Of a stretch of DNA of 64,000 nucleotides, positions 1 through 8,997 are shown in pieces. Under the pieces are notes generated by a model. It saw nothing but the letters and a program-made list of their open reading frames with translations. It did not search any database and was not told where the DNA came from. The translations under genes were made by a program, and so were the position numbers. Position 1 is the first letter of the stretch; every line of letters starts with the position of its first letter. Source of the stretch: an uncultured Lentisphaeria bacterium (GTDB lineage Bacteria; Fidelibacterota; UBA8477; JABMPR01); contig CAYVVT010000014.1 of the NCBI GenBank assembly GCA_964454335.1, forward strand, positions 8,858 through 72,857, in the 5' to 3' direction.

Positions 1-929
1 TCTACATTTTGGATCTCGAGAACGGATCCGTGGAATGCATCATTGACAATCCTCAGGCCGATTTCATGCCCACCTGGTCTCCAGACGGAACGGTCCTGAC
101 CTTCGTTTCAGAAGCTGACGGAGATCGGGAGATCTATCATTATTTCAACGACGATTCCATTCAACAACTGACTGACAATGATGTCCTGGACGATCTACCG
201 GATTGGTCGCCGGATGGCTCCCAGATCCTTTTCTGTACTGATCGAACAGGTAGCACTGACATCTGGGTCATGGATGCCGATGGCGGAAATCCCGAGCCGG
301 TTACCAGTGGCAGCGTTGGCGATTTCATGCCCGACTGGTCTCCAGACGGATCGCTCATCGTCTTTGAACGGTATATCGGCCCCTTCCTGGAACTATTTAT
401 CATGGATGCGAATGGAGGCAATATCGAGCAGTTGACCTTCCAGCGTAATGATTGTCACGAACCGGAGTGGTCAGCAGACGGTGATCTGATCCTCTTCGTC
501 GCCCGTCCCCTGGGGAATTATGAGATCTTCACCATCGACCCGGACAATCCCTCTACATCCACTGTGAATCTCACCAACAATCCGGCCATGGACTGGGCCC
601 CTTCCTGGAGGAGTCCGGCGGCGGTGAATGTAGCTAAAGCCCATCAACCTGCGGGTCTGGAACTGATCCGGGCGTTTCCCAACCCCTTCAACATGGAACT
701 CACCATCCAGTTCAGGCTGGACCGCTCCACCCGATTGCGATTGAGTATCAGCGATATTTCTGGTCGGGAGGTACTCCTGTTGGGCGAACGATTTTTCAAC
801 GTGGGTGAGAATGAGTTGACCTGGTCCGGCCTCGGTAGCAGCGGGCACAGTGTTGATTCAGGTGTTTATTTCCTGCATCTGGCTGCTGATGATATGCGGC
901 TCGCGACCAAACTCATACTGATGAAATAG
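1..929 (+). CDS. TolB-like beta-propeller (PD40 repeat) protein with T9SS-type C-terminal sorting domain; 5' end lies outside the window
   Basis: The frame is open from base 3 (YILDLENGS...). There are four PD40/TolB-type blades (PTWSPDGTVLTF, PDWSPDGSQILF, PDWSPDGSLIVF, PEWSADGDLILF). The last ~85 aa (FPNPFNMELTIQF...GVYFLHL...KLILMK) fit the Por/T9SS C-terminal domain pattern. Confidence 0.8.
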   Translation, partial: YILDLENGSVECIIDNPQADFMPTWSPDGTVLTFVSEADGDREIYHYFNDDSIQQLTDNDVLDDLPDWSPDGSQILFCTDRTGSTDIWVMDADGGNPEPVTSGSVGDFMPDWSPDGSLIVFERYIGPFLELFIMDANGGNIEQLTFQRNDCHEPEWSADGDLILFVARPLGNYEIFTIDPDNPSTSTVNLTNNPAMDWAPSWRSPAAVNVAKAHQPAGLELIRAFPNPFNMELTIQFRLDRSTRLRLSISDISGREVLLLGERFFNVGENELTWSGLGSSGHSVDSGVYFLHLAADDMRLATKLILMK

Positions 930-982
930 ACAAGTTTTCCGCTTACCGGCTCTGACAGTGATCCCCTTTCTGATCCTGAAAG

Positions 983-3900
983 TTATTCAGACTGCAGCGG
1001 CGCAGTGATATCGCGTTTGAAGCTGGATCTCAAGGCCAGCGCTATCCAGAAGGAGCCGTTCACCAACATGACCCCTGCCAGGATCAGGACGAAGGTGAGG
1101 GCCTGCCCTGCATCCGCGTGAGTAAGCACCGGGAGGATCGAGATGATGGCGGCCAGCGAACCGATGAACAGCCCCGGTAGCAGGTTCAGCAACTGTTCGC
1201 TGTAGATGATCCACCCGACTCGTTTCCGGGTGTAACCGACGGCCTGGAGTAATGCCAGTTCCCAGCGGCTTTCCAGCAAGGTTCTCAGAACAACGGCACC
1301 CAGACCAAAGGTTCCGATGAGCAATCCAAGACTTCCCAGCATCAGGAATATGGAGAGATAGGTGTTCTGTACGGCGCCGAATACCACCAGCCGTTCTCCG
1401 GTGCCTCCGATGAGAGGTCCCAGATCATGCAGGGAGATCTCGAGCTGGCGTGTGACCGCTGCGGGATCCGGAGTGTCCGCTAGAAAGACGCTGTATCCGT
1501 TCCGCGATGGGAAGTAGCGCTCAAAATCACGCTCAGCGATGATCACATGTCCCTGGAAAACGGAATTTGCCAGTCCGCCCACCAGAACCATGGCCAGCCT
1601 GGCTCCTGCATCGTCCTCATAGAACAGGGTATCCCCCAGTCCCAGACCGAATCCCCACTGGATCACACTCATATCAGCTACGGCGGGAACAACACCATCT
1701 CCAAAATCCTGCTCCAGCACATCCCAACCGGAGGATCCAGGGAGATCCTCAAGCAGTCTGATAAAATTGAACCGGTCCTGAAGTAATGCCGGACTTACAC
1801 CCAGGATCTGGGGCTGCTGTACCATATTCAGGTTCAGACAACTGCCATCGTCTCCTGATCTCTTTCTGAATTTCACAATCTCTGGGTCCAGCGGCGAACT
1901 AGCGGAAGCGGATCCTTGTCCAGCACGCATGGTCTGATCATCGAGTACCGGCAGCGTCGTTTCAATGAAAAGGTCGAATCCACCCGTCCCGGATCGCCTG
2001 TCCTGACTGTCCCGGGTGGGATCCTGGTGGTTCAACCCCACGGAAACGACGATGAAGATCCCCAGAACCAGGAGACTGATGGTGGCCAGGTTCCGGCCGG
2101 ATCGTCTGCTCCAGTTCTGAAGAATGACAGATGATAGTCCGAAGCGGTCAACATTTGCCCTGTGCCTGATCTCATGCATGACAAATGTGCAGGCATACAG
2201 TCCCAGGAACAGCAACAGGATAGCAGCAGTGTAGAAAACGGCCAGACCTGCATGTCCATCTGCGTAGTGCTTCCACAGAAGGCTGAGGAGAGCAAGGGTG
2301 ACAAGGATGAGGACAGCAATGTGCTTCCCTCTGCGCCGGCCCCAGCCAGCAGGATCCCGGATACTGGCTGTCTCTGCCAGACTCAAATGCTGTCTGGACT
2401 GCCGGCGGATCACGATCCAGATGGTGACAAATGAGAGCAGAAATCCCGCAATCACGCCGATAGCGATGTTCGCTGCGTTGACCTGCAGGGTGAAATCTGA
2501 GAATCCCACCGCATCGCGCCAGAATGAACCCAGGCCATACAGGATGAAGCGGGAGTACTGGATGCCGATCACGGCTCCCAGCACGCCTCCCAGGAGAGAT
2601 AATGTGAGTCCCTCTGCCAGACGCAGGTTCCGGATCTGAGTGGGCAGAAAGCCCAGAGCCTGCAACTGTCCCGTTTCATCCCTGCGTTGATCAGTATTGA
2701 AGATAAACAGCAGGGTTGTGAGCAGGCCTGCTGCCACGATGATGAAGAAACTGAGCCCGATGAACAACTGGCCGAAATCGACGCTGGCCTCACTGGCTGA
2801 AACCGCGTTCTGCAGTACAGGTTCAAAAGTCAGCCCCCACGAGCCTTCTGTCAGAGCAGCATTGATCTCATCATGGAGCTGCGGCCAACGCGGCGCTGGA
2901 TCATTGAAGCGGATGGCAGTGAGTTCACCATACTTGTTGCTCCAGAGCTCCTGAGCGGTAGCCAGGGCGATGAATGCTTTGGGAGTCCCCCGGTATAGGT
3001 CCCAATAGGTCTCATCCTGATCCCGGATGGAAGCCAGATCGATGGGTATGCCGGGATGCCATTCCATACAGCTTTCAGCATCAGCCAGACCCGGAAAGGC
3101 AGGCATGAGGTGTGGATCAGCAGCAGCACCTGCAATTGGAACGATCTGTTTCAACAGAAAGGCGTGTTCACGCTGGACCAGTTCATTCCGAGCATCAAGC
3201 GCGTAATACGATAAGCGGACACTGTCCCCGGGAATGACCCGGAGCTCCTGCGCGGTCCAGTCGTTCAGAACGATCTCGTCACCTTCCAGGACAAGGGTGT
3301 CCAGCCTGGACATACCTGCAACGAATGAGTATGGGACTTTGAGGTCATGCCCGCTTATCTCATTGACAAAATAGCTCAAGACCTTTTCTGACACGCTGGA
3401 CACCTCGGACATAGCCCGTGAGATCCGGTGATTGAGAAAGATCTGGTCACTGATCAACTCAATACGCCCCAGTTCCGGGAGTTCTCTGAGTGAGAGGTTC
3501 AGATCTTCCGGTGCCAGGACCTCTTTCAGGCTTCTGTTCAATTGTTCGGTGGACAGCCCGTCCCGGGATTGACAGATGATCGTATTGATCCTGGCGGCAC
3601 TTCCAGTCTTTCCGGCCAGCAGCTCCCGGTCCATGAATATGTTGTTGGGTACAAACTGGTTCGATCGCAGGCTGAAGCGGCCCAGTTGATCATCCTCCAG
3701 TACCGCAGCCACCTCAACTGCCATCTGGATGGAACGGTTGGCCTTGCTTACCACCGGGGATTCCAGGGGCAGGATGGCGTTATTCTCAACACTGAGGATC
3801 AACTCATGGTCGATTTCAAGTTCAAGCAGATCAGCCACCCTGCGGCTTACAGCAATCCGATTACCGCTGATATCGGCAGGGAAACCAATTCCTGGGGCAA

Positions 3901-4252
3901 AGGAGTGAAAGTGCTCATCGATCCCCCAGACCTGGACCTGATTGAGCCGTTGCTGGGCGTGGGTCTGCAAGCTACCTGAAAGATGCAGCAGGCCTGAACT
4001 TGTAACAGAGCCGTTCCGGGCTACCAGGGTGGCCAGCTCAGAACGAAAGGTGCCATGATCCGATACAAGGGCATGGTGCGTTTTCCCAAGTCGTTTCATG
4101 GAAAGATTCAGAAGGCTGGTCCTCACGGAATCGCCTGCGATGAGGGCGCCTACCAATACCGCAGTGGCGATTACCGCACCGGTAATGACGCCCAGATTGG
4201 TCCGCCAGTAATGCCTGAGACTGCTGAGAAGGTATGGGAAGAAGCGTCCCAT
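983..4252 (-). CDS. ABC transporter permease, MacB/FtsX type with duplicated permease domain
   Basis: 1089-aa ORF. An N-terminal TM helix (LGVITGAVIATAVLVGALIAG) is followed by a large extracytoplasmic region. Two clusters of TM helices, one mid-protein and one C-terminal, match a duplicated FtsX architecture. The ORF starts 5 nt after the stop of a LolD/MacB-type ATPase gene. Confidence 0.8.
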   Translation of the reverse strand: MGRFFPYLLSSLRHYWRTNLGVITGAVIATAVLVGALIAGDSVRTSLLNLSMKRLGKTHHALVSDHGTFRSELATLVARNGSVTSSGLLHLSGSLQTHAQQRLNQVQVWGIDEHFHSFAPGIGFPADISGNRIAVSRRVADLLELEIDHELILSVENNAILPLESPVVSKANRSIQMAVEVAAVLEDDQLGRFSLRSNQFVPNNIFMDRELLAGKTGSAARINTIICQSRDGLSTEQLNRSLKEVLAPEDLNLSLRELPELGRIELISDQIFLNHRISRAMSEVSSVSEKVLSYFVNEISGHDLKVPYSFVAGMSRLDTLVLEGDEIVLNDWTAQELRVIPGDSVRLSYYALDARNELVQREHAFLLKQIVPIAGAAADPHLMPAFPGLADAESCMEWHPGIPIDLASIRDQDETYWDLYRGTPKAFIALATAQELWSNKYGELTAIRFNDPAPRWPQLHDEINAALTEGSWGLTFEPVLQNAVSASEASVDFGQLFIGLSFFIIVAAGLLTTLLFIFNTDQRRDETGQLQALGFLPTQIRNLRLAEGLTLSLLGGVLGAVIGIQYSRFILYGLGSFWRDAVGFSDFTLQVNAANIAIGVIAGFLLSFVTIWIVIRRQSRQHLSLAETASIRDPAGWGRRRGKHIAVLILVTLALLSLLWKHYADGHAGLAVFYTAAILLLFLGLYACTFVMHEIRHRANVDRFGLSSVILQNWSRRSGRNLATISLLVLGIFIVVSVGLNHQDPTRDSQDRRSGTGGFDLFIETTLPVLDDQTMRAGQGSASASSPLDPEIVKFRKRSGDDGSCLNLNMVQQPQILGVSPALLQDRFNFIRLLEDLPGSSGWDVLEQDFGDGVVPAVADMSVIQWGFGLGLGDTLFYEDDAGARLAMVLVGGLANSVFQGHVIIAERDFERYFPSRNGYSVFLADTPDPAAVTRQLEISLHDLGPLIGGTGERLVVFGAVQNTYLSIFLMLGSLGLLIGTFGLGAVVLRTLLESRWELALLQAVGYTRKRVGWIIYSEQLLNLLPGLFIGSLAAIISILPVLTHADAGQALTFVLILAGVMLVNGSFWIALALRSSFKRDITAPLQSE

Positions 4253-4257
4253 GAGGA

Positions 4258-4932
4258 TCAGATCCGATTCAGTCTTCCGTTTGTCAGGAGATGTTTGACC
4301 TTGATCTGTTCTGCCAGTTCTACTGAATGGGTAACCACGATCAAAGCCACGGCCTCCTCATGGTTCAGCTCCAGGAGTAAATCCATAAGGGCCCCTGCTG
4401 TTTTCTGATCAAGAGAGCCCGTGGGCTCATCCGCCAGCAGGAGTTTCGGAGTGTTGATCAGGGCCCTGACCACTGCAGCACGCTGACATTCGCCACCGGA
4501 CAACTGACCGGGACGATGATCCTTGCGCTGCAGAAGGTCAACACGGGTGAGCAGCTTGATGGCCCGTTCCCTCAATGCTGCGGCATGTTCCTTTTCATAA
4601 AATGCCAATGCAGGCATAAGGACGTTCTCCAGCAGGGTCAATTGGGGCAGCAGGAAATGCTGTTGAAAGACGAATCCGATCTCCTGGTTCCGGTAATAGG
4701 CCAGTTCCCGGGAGTTCAGATCATTGAGATCACGACCATTGAACAGGACCCTACCACTGTCCGCTTCCGTAAGGGCGCCCATAACATTCAGCAGGGTGCT
4801 CTTCCCGGAGCCTGAAGGTCCCATGATGGCGGCCACCTGGCCGTTATCTATCTCAAGATCCACTCCTTCAAGCACAGGTACCGGGACCTGTGTCGCATAT
4901 GTCTTACTGACATTCTCAAGTTGTAATAGCAT
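4258..4932 (-). CDS. ABC transporter ATP-binding protein (LolD/MacB-like)
   Basis: Walker A GPSGSGKSTLLN, ABC signature LSGGECQRAAVVRAL, Walker B LLLADEPTGSLD and H-loop VTHS are all present. Confidence 0.95.
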   Translation of the reverse strand: MLLQLENVSKTYATQVPVPVLEGVDLEIDNGQVAAIMGPSGSGKSTLLNVMGALTEADSGRVLFNGRDLNDLNSRELAYYRNQEIGFVFQQHFLLPQLTLLENVLMPALAFYEKEHAAALRERAIKLLTRVDLLQRKDHRPGQLSGGECQRAAVVRALINTPKLLLADEPTGSLDQKTAGALMDLLLELNHEEAVALIVVTHSVELAEQIKVKHLLTNGRLNRI

Positions 4933-6208
4933 CTTCGAACACCTTCAGGATACGATTGGCCATGCCTGTGCTGTTGAAATATGAAAATACCTTCTGTTGA
5001 CCCTGCTTGCCAAGCCTGTCGAGCTGGGCTGTGTCACTGAGCAGACCGGCCAGTGATTCTGCAAGCTGCTCGGGTGTGTTCGGCTCAAAACACAATCCCC
5101 CGCCGGTGAGCTCCACCACCTCAGGGAAGGCGCCGATCTTTGGCTGTACGATGGGAACGCCGTGGGCCAATGCTTCAAGGAGAAAGATACCAAAGGCTTC
5201 ATGCTTCTGCATGGGAACGCTGAGGACCGTGATGGACCTGAGGAATTCGATCCGGTTCTCGGCGTCAAAATCCTCCAGGAAATCCACCTGCCCTGCCAAT
5301 CCGCTTTTCTCCAGTTTGCGCTCGAGAGCCTGCATGAAACCCCTGTCATCACTGGTGACACCACCGATGGCCTTCAATCTGAGCTCACTGAATCGCGGAT
5401 CCTTGCGCAGAATAATGAATGCGTCAACCAGGGTACCCAGACCCAGGGACTCAGTCATTCTCGACAGATATCCAATGACCGGCGTGGCCGGCTTCGCTTC
5501 GTCTGCTTCAAATCCATCCAGGTCAATACCCAGGTGTACCGTGGAGAGTTTCTCTGGCGGGATGTGCATCAGCTTCTGGATCTTCCGATTGTAGTAATCA
5601 CTCACGGGGACGAAAGTGTCTACATAATCGGCATTCACCTCCATGATCTGCCAGATCTTCTCCAGAGCTCCCGGCTCCATGTCCTCCAGCCAGATGTCCT
5701 CATCCTCCAGAGCGCACACCACGGGCAGATCTAATTCCGTTTTCAGACTTTTGGCCAACCCCAGCAGCAGGGCATTGGCCAGGTAGATGACATCCGGTCT
5801 GATCTCATCCCGGATCCAATCCACCAGATGTCTGATCTCATGGGCTTGGTGCCCCTCTTCACCCCGGAGCATGGACAGTGTCATCTCCTCCAGGCCGGCA
5901 GCACGCGTGGAATCGGCCTTGTGGGCGGCAAACTTCAACAAAGGACGTGAATTTACCATACGGTTGATCCAGGTCGGGAGATAGGCGAAGGGTGGGAACT
6001 TCTCGATGAGATAGGTACTGATGGCCCCAAAGAACAGGGGGCTATGGCTGCCTACCTCACCCTCCGCAAATGACAGAGGCAGATAGAGCGGGATCATGGT
6101 TACCTCGTGCCCCAGTTGACGCAGTGCCCTTACAAGGCTGCCGTCGCGAACACAGTTCACGCAGTAGAAACTGCCGCCGGTGCCGGGTATGATCTGCGCG
6201 ATCTTCAT
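4916..6208 (-). CDS. Glycosyltransferase, GT4/GT-B fold
   Basis: 430 aa. The C-terminal half has the GT4-type E-x7-E region (EAFGIFLLEALAHGVPIVQPKIGAFPEVV). The N-terminal half resembles a glycosyltransferase 4-like domain. It overlaps the downstream ABC ATPase gene by 17 nt. Confidence 0.8.
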   Translation of the reverse strand: MKIAQIIPGTGGSFYCVNCVRDGSLVRALRQLGHEVTMIPLYLPLSFAEGEVGSHSPLFFGAISTYLIEKFPPFAYLPTWINRMVNSRPLLKFAAHKADSTRAAGLEEMTLSMLRGEEGHQAHEIRHLVDWIRDEIRPDVIYLANALLLGLAKSLKTELDLPVVCALEDEDIWLEDMEPGALEKIWQIMEVNADYVDTFVPVSDYYNRKIQKLMHIPPEKLSTVHLGIDLDGFEADEAKPATPVIGYLSRMTESLGLGTLVDAFIILRKDPRFSELRLKAIGGVTSDDRGFMQALERKLEKSGLAGQVDFLEDFDAENRIEFLRSITVLSVPMQKHEAFGIFLLEALAHGVPIVQPKIGAFPEVVELTGGGLCFEPNTPEQLAESLAGLLSDTAQLDRLGKQGQQKVFSYFNSTGMANRILKVFEDAITT

Positions 6209-6251
6209 CGCAGGGTCTCCGTACGGGATGAACCAACCTGCATATGAATCC

Positions 6252-7433
6252 CTAACCGTCAGCCCTGAAACAGTAGAGGATCCCAGCCTGGGAACCGATG
6301 AGGATCTTATCCGTCAACACCGCCGGTGATGAGCTCAGGGGGCTGCCGCAGTCATAGGACCAGAGCGGTTCTCCGGTGGCCGTATCCAGAATATACAGCG
6401 AGCCATCCATGGAGGCGATGAGCACCCGTCCGCCACTGACAACGGGTGAACTATCAAGGGGTCCCTGGCTCAGGAAGCGCCATACCAGGCGGCCTGTATT
6501 CTTGTTCAGGCAGTACAGGTGCCAATCCCGGGAACCGATGAAAAGTTTGGATGGGCCCATTGCTGGTGAGGAAACGATTGGAGCGGCATTTTCCTCGTAC
6601 TTGAAGTCCCACTTTACTTCCCCAGAGTTACTGTCGATGCAGTACACCTGGCCATCGTAATTCCCTACATAGATGCGATCATCCTCCAGCGCCGGTGAGC
6701 CGGCAATGTAGATCTCGAGATTGCAACTGCTGATCATATCGCTGCGGGTACCGGAGATGGTGTGCACGATGGCGTCACAGCCACCGAAGACGATCCTTTC
6801 ACCCGAAACCGCAGGTGTACCGTTGATATAATGGGTGGTCTCATAGCTCCACTGCTCTGCTCCATCAGCGCTGCTCAGGCAGTACAGTTTGTTGTCATAG
6901 CTGCCGAAGACGATCCTGGACCCGAGTGTTGACAGCAGATTGGCGGAACCAACGATCTTCCCCTCGGTGGCAAACTGCCATTTCAACTCGCCGGTCCCGG
7001 CGTCGATGGCGTACATGATCCCTTCCAGGGAGCCGATGAAAATCCGATCATCCTGGATCAGGGGTGATGCTTCGAAAGGATACTCGCTCTCAAAGATCCA
7101 GATGGATCCGCCGGTCTCGAGATCGAGGGCATGTAGTCGGCCATCGGTGACGGCCATAAACACTTTTCCTTCACTTACCACCGGAGAGGATCTGATATCT
7201 TCCTGGGCATTGAAGGTCCAGGCCAGAGAATAGCTTTCGGCCAGGGGATGTGCTGACCTACCGGTCAGCTGGGGATCACCACGATGGATTGGCCAGTCAC
7301 GCTTACCTTGCCCCATGGTGGCCGTTGCGGTCAACACCAGGCTGACTACAAATAAAACGACGCTGTTGACAGACCTCTTGTTCAACGGTTCAACCTTCAT
7401 CTTCGGTAGCGGTGTTCTTAAGGAACTCTTCAA
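6252..7433 (-). CDS. PQQ-like/BamB-like beta-propeller repeat protein, N-terminal signal/anchor
   Basis: Blade motifs repeat throughout: GRLHALDLETGGSIWIF, GIMYAIDAGTGELKWQF, NKLYCLSSADGAEQWSY, GQVYCIDSNSGEVKWDF, WHLYCLNKNTGRLVWRF, GSLYILDTATGEPLWSY. There is an N-terminal hydrophobic segment VVLFVVSLVLTATA. The start is uncertain (7433 or ATG 7400), and either overlaps the upstream gene. Confidence 0.8.
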   Translation of the reverse strand: MKSSLRTPLPKMKVEPLNKRSVNSVVLFVVSLVLTATATMGQGKRDWPIHRGDPQLTGRSAHPLAESYSLAWTFNAQEDIRSSPVVSEGKVFMAVTDGRLHALDLETGGSIWIFESEYPFEASPLIQDDRIFIGSLEGIMYAIDAGTGELKWQFATEGKIVGSANLLSTLGSRIVFGSYDNKLYCLSSADGAEQWSYETTHYINGTPAVSGERIVFGGCDAIVHTISGTRSDMISSCNLEIYIAGSPALEDDRIYVGNYDGQVYCIDSNSGEVKWDFKYEENAAPIVSSPAMGPSKLFIGSRDWHLYCLNKNTGRLVWRFLSQGPLDSSPVVSGGRVLIASMDGSLYILDTATGEPLWSYDCGSPLSSSPAVLTDKILIGSQAGILYCFRADG

Positions 7434-8997
7434 TGGGTCCCAGGTTCTCCTGGGTGGCCAAAGCCCCGCTGGGGCAGGCGTCCACGCATTCAGCAGCGCT
7501 TTTCTTCAATGCCGCCGTCAGGGATCCATTGTGGGGGATACCCACCCTGACATCAAAACCACGACCGACGAAAGTTAAACCAAGATCCTCGCCCCGGGCC
7601 CTGGTGATCTTCACACAGAGGCCGCATTTGATGCATTTCCCGGGTTCAAAGACCACCCAGGGATGTGATGTATCACGAACGATGGCCGCTCGCTGGGAGT
7701 ACTTGTATTTCTGCAGATCGGCCACATAGGTATCTGCCAGGGACCGCAATTGACAGCTGTCCGCTGAACGGCAGCCGCATTGCAGACATACGCTGCTCAG
7801 ACTGGTGGCTTCCTCCGCACTGAGCGTATCGGAATTTCCAATGTCGGTTTGTAGACCTCGCGGGGACGCTCCCCTGAGGAATTCGTCGATCTCCTCGCTC
7901 TCAACCTTCCCCAGACGGGAACGAACCCGTGGAGCGGTCTGGGTGACAGCACCGGTGGACAGATACTCATCGATGGATGCAGAAATATTCTTCCCGTCGG
8001 CGACTGAACGCACGGGGATCTGATCCGGCCGGACACATTGTCCCCCGGCGAATACACCGGGAATTTCGATTTCGTAAGTGACCGTATTGATCTTCAGCCC
8101 TCTTTTTGTTCTGGTCAGCCCCGCAAATTCATCGTCTGCTTCCAACGATCCTGCAGCTACCGCCACTGCATCAAAATCAGCACGGATTTCATCAAAATCG
8201 AGATCCTTGCCCACTTCCCGGTCCTGCACAAACTCCACCCCCATGTTGGCGATCACCTCCACCTCAGCCATGAGGACCTCTCGGGACAGGCCACCCGGAC
8301 CGATACTGTCGTGTAGTGAACCTCCCGCTTCGGGATTCCTGTCATACACGGTACATGAATGTCCTGACAACCGGGTATAGAAGGCGACTGCCAAGCCTGT
8401 TGCACCGGCTCCGATGATAGCAATCCGTTTACCGCTGAGGGGTTTCGCCGGTGGCAGCAGGTTATCGGTACGGGCCAGATCTTCCAGGGCCACGCTCTTC
8501 TTCAGCAGGCAGATGGAGGCCGACTCATCCACGAATCTACGGCGGCAGGCATTCTCGCAGGGAGCCGTACAGATATAACCCAGCACGGCCGGTAGAGCGA
8601 TGTCCTCACGGATGGTGACGATGGCGGCGTCCAGGTCATTGGCCTCGATCTGTTTCATCATCCGGGGAACCTGTAAATGAGCTGGACAGGCGAGTTCACA
8701 GGGCGCCACACATTCGCCCACGTGCTCACTGAACAGTAGTTCCAGGGTGGTCTTGCGGAAATCTTTCACTGCTTGATTATCAGTTTCGACGACCATGCCC
8801 TCTGCAGCCCGGGTGGAACAGGCCGGCAGCATTCCGTCATCCGCCTGTACCGTACAGATCATGCAGGAGGTCGTATGTTCGAATTCCGGCATATGACACA
8901 TGGTGGGAATGTGGATACTCAGCAGGCGAGCTGCCTGCAATATGGTGGAACCCGGCTGTACCTGAATGTCCCGGCTATCTATCTTGAGTTTGATCAC
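7390..8997 (-). CDS. Fe-S flavoprotein: N-terminal 2Fe-2S domain + GltD/NfnB-like NAD(P)H-binding domain + C-terminal Fe-S clusters (StnC/SfrB-like)
   Basis: The GTG start overlaps the upstream stop (GTGA). The N-terminus (MIKLKIDSRDIQVQPGSTILQAA...) resembles the NuoG/HydA-type 2Fe-2S domain. A Rossmann motif IAIIGAGATGLAVAF is present. C-terminal Cys clusters are CLQCGC...C, CIKCGLCVKI and CVDACPSGAL. Confidence 0.75.
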   Translation of the reverse strand: MIKLKIDSRDIQVQPGSTILQAARLLSIHIPTMCHMPEFEHTTSCMICTVQADDGMLPACSTRAAEGMVVETDNQAVKDFRKTTLELLFSEHVGECVAPCELACPAHLQVPRMMKQIEANDLDAAIVTIREDIALPAVLGYICTAPCENACRRRFVDESASICLLKKSVALEDLARTDNLLPPAKPLSGKRIAIIGAGATGLAVAFYTRLSGHSCTVYDRNPEAGGSLHDSIGPGGLSREVLMAEVEVIANMGVEFVQDREVGKDLDFDEIRADFDAVAVAAGSLEADDEFAGLTRTKRGLKINTVTYEIEIPGVFAGGQCVRPDQIPVRSVADGKNISASIDEYLSTGAVTQTAPRVRSRLGKVESEEIDEFLRGASPRGLQTDIGNSDTLSAEEATSLSSVCLQCGCRSADSCQLRSLADTYVADLQKYKYSQRAAIVRDTSHPWVVFEPGKCIKCGLCVKITRARGEDLGLTFVGRGFDVRVGIPHNGSLTAALKKSAAECVDACPSGALATQENLGPIEEFLKNTATEDEG